In this document: in pieces, positions 1-9,996 of the stretch
Numbering within the stretch: the first letter of the stretch is position 1
Layout of the letters: the number at the start of each line of letters is the position of its first letter
DNA from: a virus
Taxonomy: Duplodnaviria; Caudoviricetes
Virus record (IMG/VR): IMGVR_UViG_3300044638_006592
Span: 1 to 63,613 of that record
Direction: 5' to 3' (one strand)
DNA length: 63,613 nucleotides
Notes under the pieces: generated by a model
Database searches by the model: none
The model's input: the letters and a program-made list of their open reading frames with translations, nothing else
What the model was told of the DNA's origin: nothing
Translations under genes and position numbers: made by a program

Positions 1-16
1 CCAACAAACGAATAAA

Positions 17-628
17 ATGTGGGATTTATTTAATCCCATACCAAATTTTAATTACCAAAGAATGGCATACAAATTAGATGTAGATATTTTAGATAATCCT
101 TATGTTCAAGTAGTTTGGGAAGATTATACTGAAAATTTCACACAAGAAAAAATAAAAAGTGTAAGACAATACTTCCAAAAAAAGTATAATACTACTAACG
201 TAAATGTTATTACTAAGACTAAAACTGTTGAAGAAGTAACAAACAATGTTGATATTTCTTTCAATATTTTAGATAAAAGTTATCAGACAGAACTGATTAA
301 GCAATATCTAACATCTAAATCATTAGATTCAATTTTAGATAATATTATTAACTTGGATAAAACGGTTGATAATAAACTTTATCTAAATGAAAGTGAAGTA
401 GTTCCATTCAAAAGATGGTACATTAAGAACATCGAATTTTCAAATTTCCTTTCGTATGGTGAAAACCAAAAAATTGATTTTGATAAATGTAATGGGATAA
501 GTGTTATTGAGTCAAATCCTAGTAATTTTGGTGGGAAATGCGTAAGAAGAGATACTGAGATTGATATTGAATTTAATATTGATTACATAGTTAATAAGTT
601 AGGGTTTTTACCTGATGAGTTAAAATAA
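17..628 (+). CDS. sbcC: SbcC/Rad50 (gp46-like) ATPase, N-terminal fragment fused to split-intein N part
   Basis: IKNIEFSNFLSYG (Rad50 N-terminus) and Walker A SNFGGK cut just before the S/T; followed by CVRRDTEI (intein block A) and a stop 29 aa later. Confidence 0.85.
   Translation: MWDLFNPIPNFNYQRMAYKLDVDILDNPYVQVVWEDYTENFTQEKIKSVRQYFQKKYNTTNVNVITKTKTVEEVTNNVDISFNILDKSYQTELIKQYLTSKSLDSILDNIINLDKTVDNKLYLNESEVVPFKRWYIKNIEFSNFLSYGENQKIDFDKCNGISVIESNPSNFGGKCVRRDTEIDIEFNIDYIVNKLGFLPDELK
539..625 (+). other. Split intein N-fragment (IntN, 29 aa)
   Basis: Cys1 directly after Walker A GGK; CVRRDTEIDI matches intein block A. Confidence 0.8.
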
Positions 629-683
629 TTACACCACCTCCTTACCTTTTTAGTTTGATGGTTATATTTATAATTAAAAAGAT

Positions 684-1694
684 ATGAGGAAAGTATATAA
701 TTTTAATAAAAACCAAATAAATGATATGATTAATCTTTATGTGAATGAGATGAAATCGACTATGTTTATTTCTGAAAAATATAATGTTGATTCTTCAGTA
801 ATTAAACGAGTTTTAATTAAAAATGGTGTAGAAATAATAAAAGGGTCAGCATTTAGTGTTAATTTTTGGGTTAAAAGAGGTTTATCTGAAGAAGAATCAA
901 CTCGAAAAATTAAAGAAATGAAACCAAATTTAGTTGAACATTGGTTGTGTAGAGGATTTTCTATTGAAGAATCTAAATTAAAAACTGAATTACATTTAAT
1001 GAATACTGAAAGAGCGTTTATTGTAAAATATGGTAAAGAAGAAGGAGTTAAATTATTTAGAGAAAAAAAAGTTAAAGAGGGTAAATTACATTCACCAAGA
1101 AGTGTTGAATATTGGTTAAATAAAGGATTTTCTGTTGAGGAATCAAAAAATAAAGTTTCTGAAGGTCAGAATAAATTCAGTTTAGTTAAATGTATTGAAA
1201 AATATGGTGAAGAAGAAGGTAAAATAATATTTACTGAACGACAAAAAAAATGGCAAGAATCACTTTATAAGAATGGTAATTTAAAATCCGGATATTCAAA
1301 AGTGTCACAAGATTTATTCTTTGAGTTATTAAAATATTATAAAAATGTTGAAGAATTAAATTATGTTATGTTCGCTAAAAAAGGTGGTGAGTTTGTATTA
1401 ACCAGTAATGATGGGTTTTATCGTTATGATTTTACCGATTTATTAAATAAAAAAATTATTGAATATAATGGTGATAATTACCACGCTAATCCGGACACTT
1501 ATTCTGTAAATGAAACCCCAAATCCTTTTCGTAAAAATATCACATCTGAAGATATATGGAAAAAAGATGATATTAAGATTAAATTGGCGAATAAACATAA
1601 GTATGATGTTTTAATTATATGGGATTCCGAATATAAAAAAGATAAAGAAAAAGTTATAAAAAAATGTTTAAATTTTTTAAAAAATGAAAATTAA
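684..1694 (+). CDS. Free-standing homing endonuclease, Vsr/DUF559-like C-terminal nuclease domain
   Basis: C-terminal YDF...IIEYNGDNYHANP...KKDDIKIKLA...VLIIWDSEY; internal WxxRGFSxEES and KYGxEEG repeats; lies between the two intein halves. Confidence 0.75.
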   Translation: MRKVYNFNKNQINDMINLYVNEMKSTMFISEKYNVDSSVIKRVLIKNGVEIIKGSAFSVNFWVKRGLSEEESTRKIKEMKPNLVEHWLCRGFSIEESKLKTELHLMNTERAFIVKYGKEEGVKLFREKKVKEGKLHSPRSVEYWLNKGFSVEESKNKVSEGQNKFSLVKCIEKYGEEEGKIIFTERQKKWQESLYKNGNLKSGYSKVSQDLFFELLKYYKNVEELNYVMFAKKGGEFVLTSNDGFYRYDFTDLLNKKIIEYNGDNYHANPDTYSVNETPNPFRKNITSEDIWKKDDIKIKLANKHKYDVLIIWDSEYKKDKEKVIKKCLNFLKNEN

Positions 1695-2049
1695 AATTGG
1701 GGAATTATATGAAATTTACCAAAAATATGGTGATTTAGGTTTTAAAGTTAATACACCATATGGGTATAAAAATATTGAATGGTGTGGTATTACAGAAAAA
1801 AACGCGGATATATATAGATGTGAGTTAGAAAATGGGATGTTTGTTGAAGGTGCGGATTATCATAAATTAAAAAATGATAATGATGAATTTGTCGTTCTTA
1901 AAGAACTTCAAATCGGTGAAAAAATACAAACAATTAATGGTGATAGTTTGGTAACCAATGTTAAATTATTAGATGAAAAGGATACTCTTTATGACGTTCA
2001 GGTTGCTGAGGTTCATCAATATTATACAAATGGTATTGTATCTCACAAT
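1684..2049 (+). other. Split intein C-fragment (IntC, 122 aa)
   Basis: Block B-like GADYH, block F LYDVQV, block G SHN followed by +1 Thr. Confidence 0.85.
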
Positions 2050-3903
2050 ACAGTCTTAACGGTGGATTTACTATTGTTCTTATTCTTTAATGAGACAACC
2101 AAAACAACAAAGGCCGAAGAAATATTTAATCGATTTACCGATAAAAACAAAGTATCGGTAAAGGGTGAAATTAGTATTGATGGTGAGGATTATATTATTG
2201 TTAGGCAAATTGAAAGAAAGAAAGGTAAAACTGGTGAATGGAATGTTAAAACCGAATTAGATTTCTATAAAAAACTTTCGGATGGTAGTTTGCAGAACTT
2301 CACTGGTGAACAAAGAAGAGAAACCGAAAACTTCATTAAAACATCAATTGGTTCTAAGGAAGACTTTTTAATGACGATTTTAACAACTGCAAGTAATTTA
2401 GAAGAATTAATTGATTCCAAACCAACTGCAAGAGGTCAAGTTTTGTCTAGATTTATGGGGTTAGATTTTCTTAAAAGAAAAGAAGATGTTGCGAAAGAAA
2501 TCTATACTGAATTTGCATCTTCGATGATATCTAAAGTTTACAATAGTGAAAAACTAAAACAGGATAACGAAGATTATAAAATAAAAATTCAGTCATTTAA
2601 AGATGAGAATACTAATCATCAAAATGATTTAATCCTTGTTCAAGACAGAATTATTAAAGGTCAAGAATATAGAGATGGTCTTTTAAAAAGTAAGCATACT
2701 GATATTGATAAGGAAATCACATTATTGTCTCCCGATAAAGTTACTGGTGAAATTTTATCATTAGAAACACAAAAAAAAGGAGTTCAAAAACAACTTGAAG
2801 AAATAAAAGTGATTGAACCATCATCGTATTATCACGAAGATGAACATGATTTGATAAAGGAAGAGACCAAGAAAACATTCCAACAAAAAGTTGAAGTGGA
2901 AATAAAAATCAAATCTATTGAAGAGTTGAAAAGTTCTGTTAGTGGTGGTATTAAGTGTGAGCATTGTGGTATTGAGTTAATGAATGCGGCGATTACAAAT
3001 TCTAAAATATCTCAACTTGACGGATTTATCGTGCATAAAACTCAATTATTAGGGTTAATGCAGGATTTAACCAACAAAGAACAGGCGTTTGTACAATTAA
3101 AAAAGGAATTTGATGAGTATGAAAAAAACAAACTAATCAAAGAAAAGCATGAGTTAAACATTGAAAGTTTGGATATGAAAATATCAAATCTTCAAGACAA
3201 GTTATCGAAATACAATGAACTTCAGGATAAGATTAAAGAAAATGAAAAAACTGAAACTTTAATCATTAAAGCGGGTTTAAAATTGGATGAATTGGAATCT
3301 GAAAAAACTAATTTATCAAGAAAAATTGATACGAATAATTTTCAAATTAAATCATTCGATGATAAAATTGAAAATAATAATAAATTGATTCAAAAAATCA
3401 GTGAAGAATCTGAGAAAGAAAAGATATATAAAGTTTATTTGGATATCTTTGGAAAGAATGGTATTTCTAAAATTATTATGAAAACAATGATGCCATTAAT
3501 TAATTCAGAACTACAAAGATTACTTGAAGACAGTTCACATTTTAGATTAGAAGTTCGAATTAATGATAAGAATGAAGTTGAGTTTATAATGATTGACAAT
3601 AATACTCAAGTAGAAAAACTTATGGCTTCAGGTTCAGGTTATGAAAGAACCATAGCATCATTAGCTCTTAGGTCTGTTTTAACTAAAATTTGTTCATTAC
3701 CAAAACCAAATATTGTGGTAATGGATGAAGTTTTTGGTAAGATATCTAATGATAATTTGGATATGGTAGGTGAGTTTTTCAATAAGATTAAGGAATATTT
3801 TGAAAAAATATTTTTAATTACCCATAATCCGTTGGTAACCAACTGGTCTGACAACGTTATCAAGATTAAAAAGGTGGATAATATAAGTTTTGTCACACAA
3901 TAA
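1684..3903 (+). CDS. sbcC: Split-intein C part fused to SbcC/Rad50 C-terminal fragment
   Basis: LYDVQV...YYTNGIVSHN/T intein end, then coiled coil, CEHC zinc hook, signature SGSGYE, Walker B IVVMDEVFG, H-loop LITHN. Confidence 0.9.
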   Translation: MKIKIGELYEIYQKYGDLGFKVNTPYGYKNIEWCGITEKNADIYRCELENGMFVEGADYHKLKNDNDEFVVLKELQIGEKIQTINGDSLVTNVKLLDEKDTLYDVQVAEVHQYYTNGIVSHNTVLTVDLLLFLFFNETTKTTKAEEIFNRFTDKNKVSVKGEISIDGEDYIIVRQIERKKGKTGEWNVKTELDFYKKLSDGSLQNFTGEQRRETENFIKTSIGSKEDFLMTILTTASNLEELIDSKPTARGQVLSRFMGLDFLKRKEDVAKEIYTEFASSMISKVYNSEKLKQDNEDYKIKIQSFKDENTNHQNDLILVQDRIIKGQEYRDGLLKSKHTDIDKEITLLSPDKVTGEILSLETQKKGVQKQLEEIKVIEPSSYYHEDEHDLIKEETKKTFQQKVEVEIKIKSIEELKSSVSGGIKCEHCGIELMNAAITNSKISQLDGFIVHKTQLLGLMQDLTNKEQAFVQLKKEFDEYEKNKLIKEKHELNIESLDMKISNLQDKLSKYNELQDKIKENEKTETLIIKAGLKLDELESEKTNLSRKIDTNNFQIKSFDDKIENNNKLIQKISEESEKEKIYKVYLDIFGKNGISKIIMKTMMPLINSELQRLLEDSSHFRLEVRINDKNEVEFIMIDNNTQVEKLMASGSGYERTIASLALRSVLTKICSLPKPNIVVMDEVFGKISNDNLDMVGEFFNKIKEYFEKIFLITHNPLVTNWSDNVIKIKKVDNISFVTQ

Positions 3904-3954
3904 TTTGGTGATTCAAAAAAATATTAGTATATTTGTGGTCTCAATCAATAAAAT

Positions 3955-4506
3955 ATGTGTAGATATGTGTTATTGGTTTTTGCTGAAAGTAAGAACCAAG
4001 ATAAATTTGTCAAAGTGTTATCGGAAGAAATAGTTGGAGTTGCGGACACTGCGGATATAAAATACTTTTACGGCCCTCAGTCGGTTATTTTAACATTTAT
4101 ATCAAACGCTCCATTTGAAGATGTAAAAGATTATCTAATGTTGACATTAGGTATTTCAAACATCGTTTATTTTTTAATCCCTTATAATACAGAACAAATA
4201 GGTTATTGGATAACCCCTGAAGTTGAAAAACATTTATTCGATACTGACAAAATGTCAGAAAAACCTGACAATATTGTTAAAGAAAACAATCAGGTACGAA
4301 ATTTGTTATTTGGTGATGAGATAGAACCAAAAAATTACTTAAATGAAATTTTTGATTTAGAATGTGAAGATGATGAGATTGAAAATAACAAGAAAAGTCA
4401 AATAGTTGAAAAATCTTTAGATGATTTGTTAGATAAAATATCAAAAACGGGAGTTTCATCACTCACAAAACAAGAGTTAAAATTATTACATAACTATTCA
4501 AAATAA
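3955..4506 (+). CDS. Hypothetical protein
   Basis: 183 aa ORF after a TATATTTG promoter-like motif; C-terminal LDDLLDKISKTGVSSLT helix. Confidence 0.6.
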   Translation: MCRYVLLVFAESKNQDKFVKVLSEEIVGVADTADIKYFYGPQSVILTFISNAPFEDVKDYLMLTLGISNIVYFLIPYNTEQIGYWITPEVEKHLFDTDKMSEKPDNIVKENNQVRNLLFGDEIEPKNYLNEIFDLECEDDEIENNKKSQIVEKSLDDLLDKISKTGVSSLTKQELKLLHNYSK

Positions 4507-4509
4507 ACT

Positions 4510-5310
4510 ATGAAAGAGAAAAATTCAGTTATTCCGATTAACCAAGAAGAAATTCATCATTATCTTAAAGAGATTAGAAAGATTAAGGTAATGACACCAG
4601 AACGTGAAAAAGAATTATCAGAAATAATGAAATCTGGTACTTTAACACAATCACAAATTGAAGACGTTCATCGAGAACTTTTAGAAGGTAATTTGAGATT
4701 TGTCATTACTGTGGCGAAACAATATCAAAACCAAGGACTTGATTTTCCTGATTTGATTGCTGAAGGTAATTTAGGTTTAATGAAGGCGATTAAAAATTTT
4801 GATTGGAGTAAAGACCTTAGATTTATATCTTATGCGGTGTGGTGGGTAAAACAATCAATTTTACAATCTTTGAACGACAACGCAAGAACTATTCGTCTAC
4901 CAGTAAATGTTGTGCAAGATTTATATAAGGCGAAGAAAGAATCTGAACTGACAGGGAAAGAATTAGAAAATAGATTCCAAACATTACCATCAATGTCTAA
5001 TTTAGATGATACTATTAATGAAGATGGGGATACACTTGTAGACATTATTAAAAATGATGACGCATTATCTCCTGACCATAGTTTTAATAGTAAGGATATT
5101 TTAAAAAATAAATTAAAAAATCTTCTTGATAATTTAGACGAAAGAGAAAGAGCGATAATTGAAGATTATTATGGATTGTCTGGTAGTCCAAGAACATTAG
5201 AGGATATTGGTGAAGATTTTAATCTTACTAAAGAGAGAGTGCGACAGATAAAGGAGAAAAGTTTAAGAAAATTAAGAAACGAAAGTTCGATATTATTCGA
5301 CTATATGTAA
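4510..5310 (+). CDS. RNA polymerase sigma70-family factor (short RpoD/RpoS-like)
   Basis: Region 2 NLRFVITVAKQY...DLIAEGNLGLMKA...FISYAVWWVKQSI, ARTIRLP, region 4 TLEDIGEDFNLTKERVRQI. Confidence 0.95.
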   Translation: MKEKNSVIPINQEEIHHYLKEIRKIKVMTPEREKELSEIMKSGTLTQSQIEDVHRELLEGNLRFVITVAKQYQNQGLDFPDLIAEGNLGLMKAIKNFDWSKDLRFISYAVWWVKQSILQSLNDNARTIRLPVNVVQDLYKAKKESELTGKELENRFQTLPSMSNLDDTINEDGDTLVDIIKNDDALSPDHSFNSKDILKNKLKNLLDNLDERERAIIEDYYGLSGSPRTLEDIGEDFNLTKERVRQIKEKSLRKLRNESSILFDYM

Positions 5311-5371
5311 AAATAAAAAAAACCTTCTATTTATTATCGTAGAAGGTTTTTTACTTTTATGGAAAAATATT

Positions 5372-5701
5372 ATGAAAAAAATTATTGAATTTGCTAAAAA
5401 GTATAAGATACACATTTTAGTGTCTTTATTGGTTATTTTATTTTTCCGTTCATGTTCCAAGTCAAGTGAAGTTAGAAAATTAGAAAAGGTCAACACCAAA
5501 ACTACTGAAGTTATTGATAGTTTAACTACCCTTATAAAAGGTCAGAAAGACACTATTAATAATATTTCTGAAGTTATTAGAGTTGAAAAAATTAAAATTC
5601 ATACCGAATATGATAACTACATTTCCTCTAAAAATAGAGGAGAACAATTGATGGAATTACATAAAATTGTTAAACAAAATCTTAAAAACTTAGAAAAATG
5701 A
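5372..5701 (+). CDS. Membrane-anchored coiled-coil protein
   Basis: N-terminal hydrophobic helix then heptad-rich region. Confidence 0.6.
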   Translation: MKKIIEFAKKYKIHILVSLLVILFFRSCSKSSEVRKLEKVNTKTTEVIDSLTTLIKGQKDTINNISEVIRVEKIKIHTEYDNYISSKNRGEQLMELHKIVKQNLKNLEK

Positions 5702-6492
5702 AAAAAATTTGGGAATGGATTAAATTAAATCCAAATAGAACCATGTTTTTAGTCCCAATACTTTTAGTTGCAGGAATTTCTATTTCACACGTAGTCTCGT
5801 GGTATAATCTGTCTAACCCAATTAGTTGGGCGATTTATTTGTCGATAGCGATAGAAGTTGGTGCGATGACCGCTTTGGTTGCTGCGACTAATAGAATTAA
5901 AGGCGGGGTTTGGATTATGTTTGGATTAGTAACTTTCATACAAATGATTGGTAATATATTCTTTTCATATAAGGAAATTGATTCTAATGGAGAGCTCTTC
6001 AAAGCTTGGGTAGAATTAACTGAACCTGTTTGGGAGTTTTTAGGTTCAGATACTACAGATATCATAGCATTAAAAAGATGGTTGGCGTTTTTAGAAGGAG
6101 GATTATTACCAATAATATCATTAACATCATTACATTTTTTCATAAAGTATGAAGATAACAAAAATGAGGTTGAACCAAAAACTGAAGAAAAAATAATTGA
6201 AGGGGATGTTATTAAAGAAACCCCTATTGAAGTTGTGGTTGAAAAAAAGGTACCGGTTGAAGTTATTAAAGAAGTTTTGGTAGAAAAAAAGGTGCCGGTT
6301 GATGTTATTAAAGAAGTTTTGGTAGAAAAAGAAGTACCGGTTGAAAAAATAGTTGAAGTTCCTGTAAAATATTTTGTGAATGATGAGGGGGAGATATATG
6401 ATGAAAATGGTCATCATATCAATCCTGAGACAATAACTACAACAACGGTTGATGATGGTGTCCGAAGACTTACATATACAAAACCGAGTTAA
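5698..6492 (+). CDS. Multi-pass membrane protein with VEKxVPVEVIKEV repeats
   Basis: About four hydrophobic segments and a repetitive C-terminal tail. Confidence 0.65.
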   Translation: MKKIWEWIKLNPNRTMFLVPILLVAGISISHVVSWYNLSNPISWAIYLSIAIEVGAMTALVAATNRIKGGVWIMFGLVTFIQMIGNIFFSYKEIDSNGELFKAWVELTEPVWEFLGSDTTDIIALKRWLAFLEGGLLPIISLTSLHFFIKYEDNKNEVEPKTEEKIIEGDVIKETPIEVVVEKKVPVEVIKEVLVEKKVPVDVIKEVLVEKEVPVEKIVEVPVKYFVNDEGEIYDENGHHINPETITTTTVDDGVRRLTYTKPS

Positions 6493-6519
6493 ATAAATTT
6501 AATTTAATTTGCATGTATA

Positions 6520-7113
6520 GTGGAAATAGAAAAATTTGGAAATTTAAAATCTATCGGTAAACACAAGAAAAAGACCCAAATAATTCTTGTACATACATCA
6601 AGGAATCATCAAGATTACCTTAAATCATTAATTTATCGTTTTAACGGTAAAAATCCTAAATTACCTCATTATTTAATAAATAGAGAAGGTAAAACATATC
6701 AAATTTTATCTAACAATGAGTATTCCAAATACTTTTCTGATGAAAATCTTAACAAATATTCTATTATCATATGTTTAGAAAATTTGGGTTGGTTAGAAAA
6801 AGAACCTTTAAGTAACCAGTATGTTAACTGGATTGGCGATATTTATAATGGAGTTGTTTATGAAAAAAAATGGCGTGATTACTTTTTTTGGCAACCTTAC
6901 ACTGAAGAACAAATAAATTCTGCGGTAGAGTTAACCAAAAAAATATTTGAAGGAACTTCAATAAAAAAATCAGTCATTGGTCATAACACTAAAATAAATG
7001 GTATAGAAAAATTTGAAGGAGTGGTAACCAGAAGTAATTATGATTCAGAATCAACTGATGTTAATCCCTCGTTCGATTTCGAAATATTTTTAAAAAAAAT
7101 TGAAAATGAATAA
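6520..7113 (+). CDS. N-acetylmuramoyl-L-alanine amidase (Amidase_2-like)
   Basis: IILVHT, PHYLINREG, ICLEN, YTEEQI, VIGH motifs; GTG start. Confidence 0.75.
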   Translation: MEIEKFGNLKSIGKHKKKTQIILVHTSRNHQDYLKSLIYRFNGKNPKLPHYLINREGKTYQILSNNEYSKYFSDENLNKYSIIICLENLGWLEKEPLSNQYVNWIGDIYNGVVYEKKWRDYFFWQPYTEEQINSAVELTKKIFEGTSIKKSVIGHNTKINGIEKFEGVVTRSNYDSESTDVNPSFDFEIFLKKIENE

Positions 7114-7705
7114 CAAACACGATGAAATAAAAAAATTGTTAAAGGCATCTAGAAATATGTTGTCTAACACTCAATTAAATGAGGAAGAAAACAGAATTAA
7201 AGGTCGTTATGGAATTATAACAGAACAGGGTAGTAATTTGACCTCGGGTGACGTTACCGATAAAATAAATGTGACAAAATCTGTTGAAGATACCATTGAA
7301 GATGAAACGGAAACAAAAGAAGATAAAAAACAAGCATATAGAATATCTGGTGGTATTTTAGTTTTACATGGTAAAGATAATGTTGATTTGCAGTTAACAA
7401 CTGATGAAAAAATTGCATTTCAAGAAACTATGGATGAGTTTGTCCAGGGTGTTTCTAGTTTAGTGGATTTTAACAAATTGAACGTGTATAAGAACAATGT
7501 TGAATGGTCAGGAAAGATTATTGATTTTGACCTTGAATTCTTCTTTTCAATTGGAGAGGAAAATGGAATCTATATAAATGGTGAAATGATAAGAACTGAT
7601 GAGAAATTCTTAGAAGTAATAACTAAACTTAAAAGTTTTTATGAGAAATTCAAAACTAAATGGGCTAATGTTTTAGCTAATAGAAAAAAAACAGTAAAAG
7701 ACTAA
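7100..7705 (+). CDS. Hypothetical phage protein
   Basis: 201 aa ORF in operon. Confidence 0.6.
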   Translation: MKMNNKHDEIKKLLKASRNMLSNTQLNEEENRIKGRYGIITEQGSNLTSGDVTDKINVTKSVEDTIEDETETKEDKKQAYRISGGILVLHGKDNVDLQLTTDEKIAFQETMDEFVQGVSSLVDFNKLNVYKNNVEWSGKIIDFDLEFFFSIGEENGIYINGEMIRTDEKFLEVITKLKSFYEKFKTKWANVLANRKKTVKD

Positions 7706-7708
7706 AAT

Positions 7709-8137
7709 ATGTTTAAAGAATTTATAACCAAATTAGATTTAAAATCAATTATGATATTGGTTTTATTTGTTTTGTGTGGTATTTTCTTCACCAAAATGAT
7801 GTTAAGTGGGGAATCACATAAAAAAGAAAGAAAAACTCTATTAGAGGAAAATAAAAAAATTGAAAAACAAAAACAACTTCTAAAAAAAGATTTTTTGTTA
7901 CTCCAACAAAATTATGAGAAAGATTCTTTAGAAATTGTTCAGTTAAATAATCAATTAAATAAAATTAACCAAGACATATTAAAAAAAGATGTTGAATTAA
8001 GAAAGGCTAAAAATGAACTTGTTAATTTTAAATCAAGTTTTGAAAAAACAAAAAAGGAAATTGAAGAACTTGAGAAAAATCCAATTAAACGAACTGGAAG
8101 TGAACTTTTAGAATCAATTAAAGAAAAAACTAAATAA
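7709..8137 (+). CDS. N-terminally anchored coiled-coil protein (spanin-like topology)
   Basis: Single TM then long coiled coil; near the amidase. Confidence 0.5.
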   Translation: MFKEFITKLDLKSIMILVLFVLCGIFFTKMMLSGESHKKERKTLLEENKKIEKQKQLLKKDFLLLQQNYEKDSLEIVQLNNQLNKINQDILKKDVELRKAKNELVNFKSSFEKTKKEIEELEKNPIKRTGSELLESIKEKTK

Positions 8138-8658
8138 TGAGAAATATTTTAATAACTACAATTTTTTGTTTAACGTATATGTTTGGATATTCCCAAATTT
8201 CATTTGTTAAGGAAAACTTACCTGAATACTTAGTTCAAAATGGAGATACCATTGGAATAGTATTAACAATAGAACAAGTTCAAAAACTCGACAATAATAG
8301 TGAATTATTAACAGCATTTAAAAAATTATCTTTAAAGTGTGATAGTTTAGATGCGTATTACGTTCAAGTTATTAATAAATCAAATGAAAAAATCGCATTA
8401 TTGGAAGTTAAAGTAAAAAACTTGACAGACCAAAATCAAAAAAAGGATGACATGATATTAACATTGAAAGGTCAAGTATTAAATAAAGAAATGCAATTAA
8501 CTTTATGTGAGAAACAAAGAAGTAATGATTCAATTATTATTATCGGATTGAAAAAAGATTTATTTAAAAGTAAAGTTAAGAATGTTGCGGGATGGACTAC
8601 AACTGGTGTAACAACGGCAGTTGCAATTTTTCTTGGAATATTTTTCGGAACAAGATAA
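8137..8658 (+). CDS. Exported coiled-coil protein with C-terminal hydrophobic segment
   Basis: Signal-peptide-like N-terminus, heptads, hydrophobic C-terminus. Confidence 0.5.
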   Translation: MRNILITTIFCLTYMFGYSQISFVKENLPEYLVQNGDTIGIVLTIEQVQKLDNNSELLTAFKKLSLKCDSLDAYYVQVINKSNEKIALLEVKVKNLTDQNQKKDDMILTLKGQVLNKEMQLTLCEKQRSNDSIIIIGLKKDLFKSKVKNVAGWTTTGVTTAVAIFLGIFFGTR

Positions 8659-8666
8659 TTATAGAT

Positions 8667-8912
8667 ATGGCACTGACATCATCTGAGAAGAAAGAAATTG
8701 AAACTATGATTAGAAAAGAAATCAAGGATTTCTTAGGTTCTAATACTATGAAACAACATGAAGACAAAATGTTGGAATTAATCGCAAAAGAAATAAAGAG
8801 GGGTAAGTTAGAAGGTGATATCAAAGACATTGTAATAAAAATATTCAGAGAGTTCTATCAATTTATGTGGACTCAAAGAGGATATTGGGAACCAAGATTA
8901 AAAAACGCATAA
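8667..8912 (+). CDS. Hypothetical protein
   Basis: Likely start MALTSS at 8667 rather than the ORF-track start at 8592. Confidence 0.55.
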   Translation: MALTSSEKKEIETMIRKEIKDFLGSNTMKQHEDKMLELIAKEIKRGKLEGDIKDIVIKIFREFYQFMWTQRGYWEPRLKNA

Positions 8913-8913
8913 T

Positions 8914-9969
8914 ATGATTAAGGAACAGTTAGGTTCGGCATTATCTCCGACTAATATTAGGAATAAGACAATGGAATTAGCTGTTACAGATTCTGCATTA
9001 CAAGGAACAAATACAGGTGATGCGGTAAGAGCGGCGATGGATATGACCAGAGATTTGGGTGAAGAAAATATAATCAAAAGACCAATAAAGAAGAGTAATA
9101 TTAAAAAATTGGTTGGAAAAACTAAAATGAAACTACCTATAGGTAAAATTTTTACTATGAGTAAGATATCTGAAAACAAATTATTTGACATTTCTAAAAA
9201 AGAAATGGATGAACTTATAAATGAAAAATGGTCTCAAAAATACAAAGATAGTATTGATTGTAAAAATCCAAAAGGGTTTAGTCAACGAGCTCATTGCCAA
9301 GGAAAAAAGAAAAAAGTTTCTGAAGAGAAACTACAGGGTGGAAAAGCTGATAATAAAACTTTTGAAGATTTAGTTAAGAAAAATTTAAAAAACAACAAAT
9401 CTTATGATGATATTGAGAGTATGTTAAAAAAACAACTTAACAAAGGTGTGAAAGTTGAAATGGAACATACTAATGATAAGAAAAGGGCTAACGAAATTGC
9501 CATGGACCATTTGTTTGAAGACCCAAAGTATTATGATAAATTGGAGAAAATAGAATCAAAAGAATCGACTGGTAGTGGTTCTGCTGGAGGGTTTGTTGGT
9601 CCTGTCGGATTCAATCCTAAAAGTAAATTCGTTAAGGATTCATTTAAGGAAACTCCAAAAAAAGTTGAATCTAATGAAGCAACAGGTTCAGGTTCTGCAG
9701 GTTCTTATGTAACACCAGCAGCATGGGCTAAAACTATGAATAAAGGTGATTGGAGAGGTAAATCAAAAACTCAAATACCTGGAGGTCAATTTGTTCAAGT
9801 AAAAAAGAAATGTAAAAAATTCCCATACTGTAATCAAGGTGATATAAAAGCTTTGAATTTGTCGGAAACCATTAAAAAAATAAGTTTGAAATATGGTATA
9901 AGTGAAAATGTTGTCAGAGATATATTAAAATTAGAGTTTGGTAATAATTCAACTAACAAACAAAAATAA
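8914..9969 (+). CDS. Modular phage protein with DUF5661-like domain
   Basis: KGVKVEMEHT...EIAMDHLFEDPKYYDKL; small Cys modules and TGSGSAG repeats. Confidence 0.6.
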   Translation: MIKEQLGSALSPTNIRNKTMELAVTDSALQGTNTGDAVRAAMDMTRDLGEENIIKRPIKKSNIKKLVGKTKMKLPIGKIFTMSKISENKLFDISKKEMDELINEKWSQKYKDSIDCKNPKGFSQRAHCQGKKKKVSEEKLQGGKADNKTFEDLVKKNLKNNKSYDDIESMLKKQLNKGVKVEMEHTNDKKRANEIAMDHLFEDPKYYDKLEKIESKESTGSGSAGGFVGPVGFNPKSKFVKDSFKETPKKVESNEATGSGSAGSYVTPAAWAKTMNKGDWRGKSKTQIPGGQFVQVKKKCKKFPYCNQGDIKALNLSETIKKISLKYGISENVVRDILKLEFGNNSTNKQK

Positions 9970-9996
9970 ATAGATATTTATAATAAAAAAAAGAAA

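Noticed and set aside
629-1683. Group I intron interrupting sbcC
   Set aside because: Only ~55 nt of non-coding sequence and no intron core visible; intein motifs on both flanks explain the split
6225-6370. Tandem 39 bp-period repeat in the membrane protein
   Set aside because: Ordinary in-frame low-complexity peptide repeat without unique spacers
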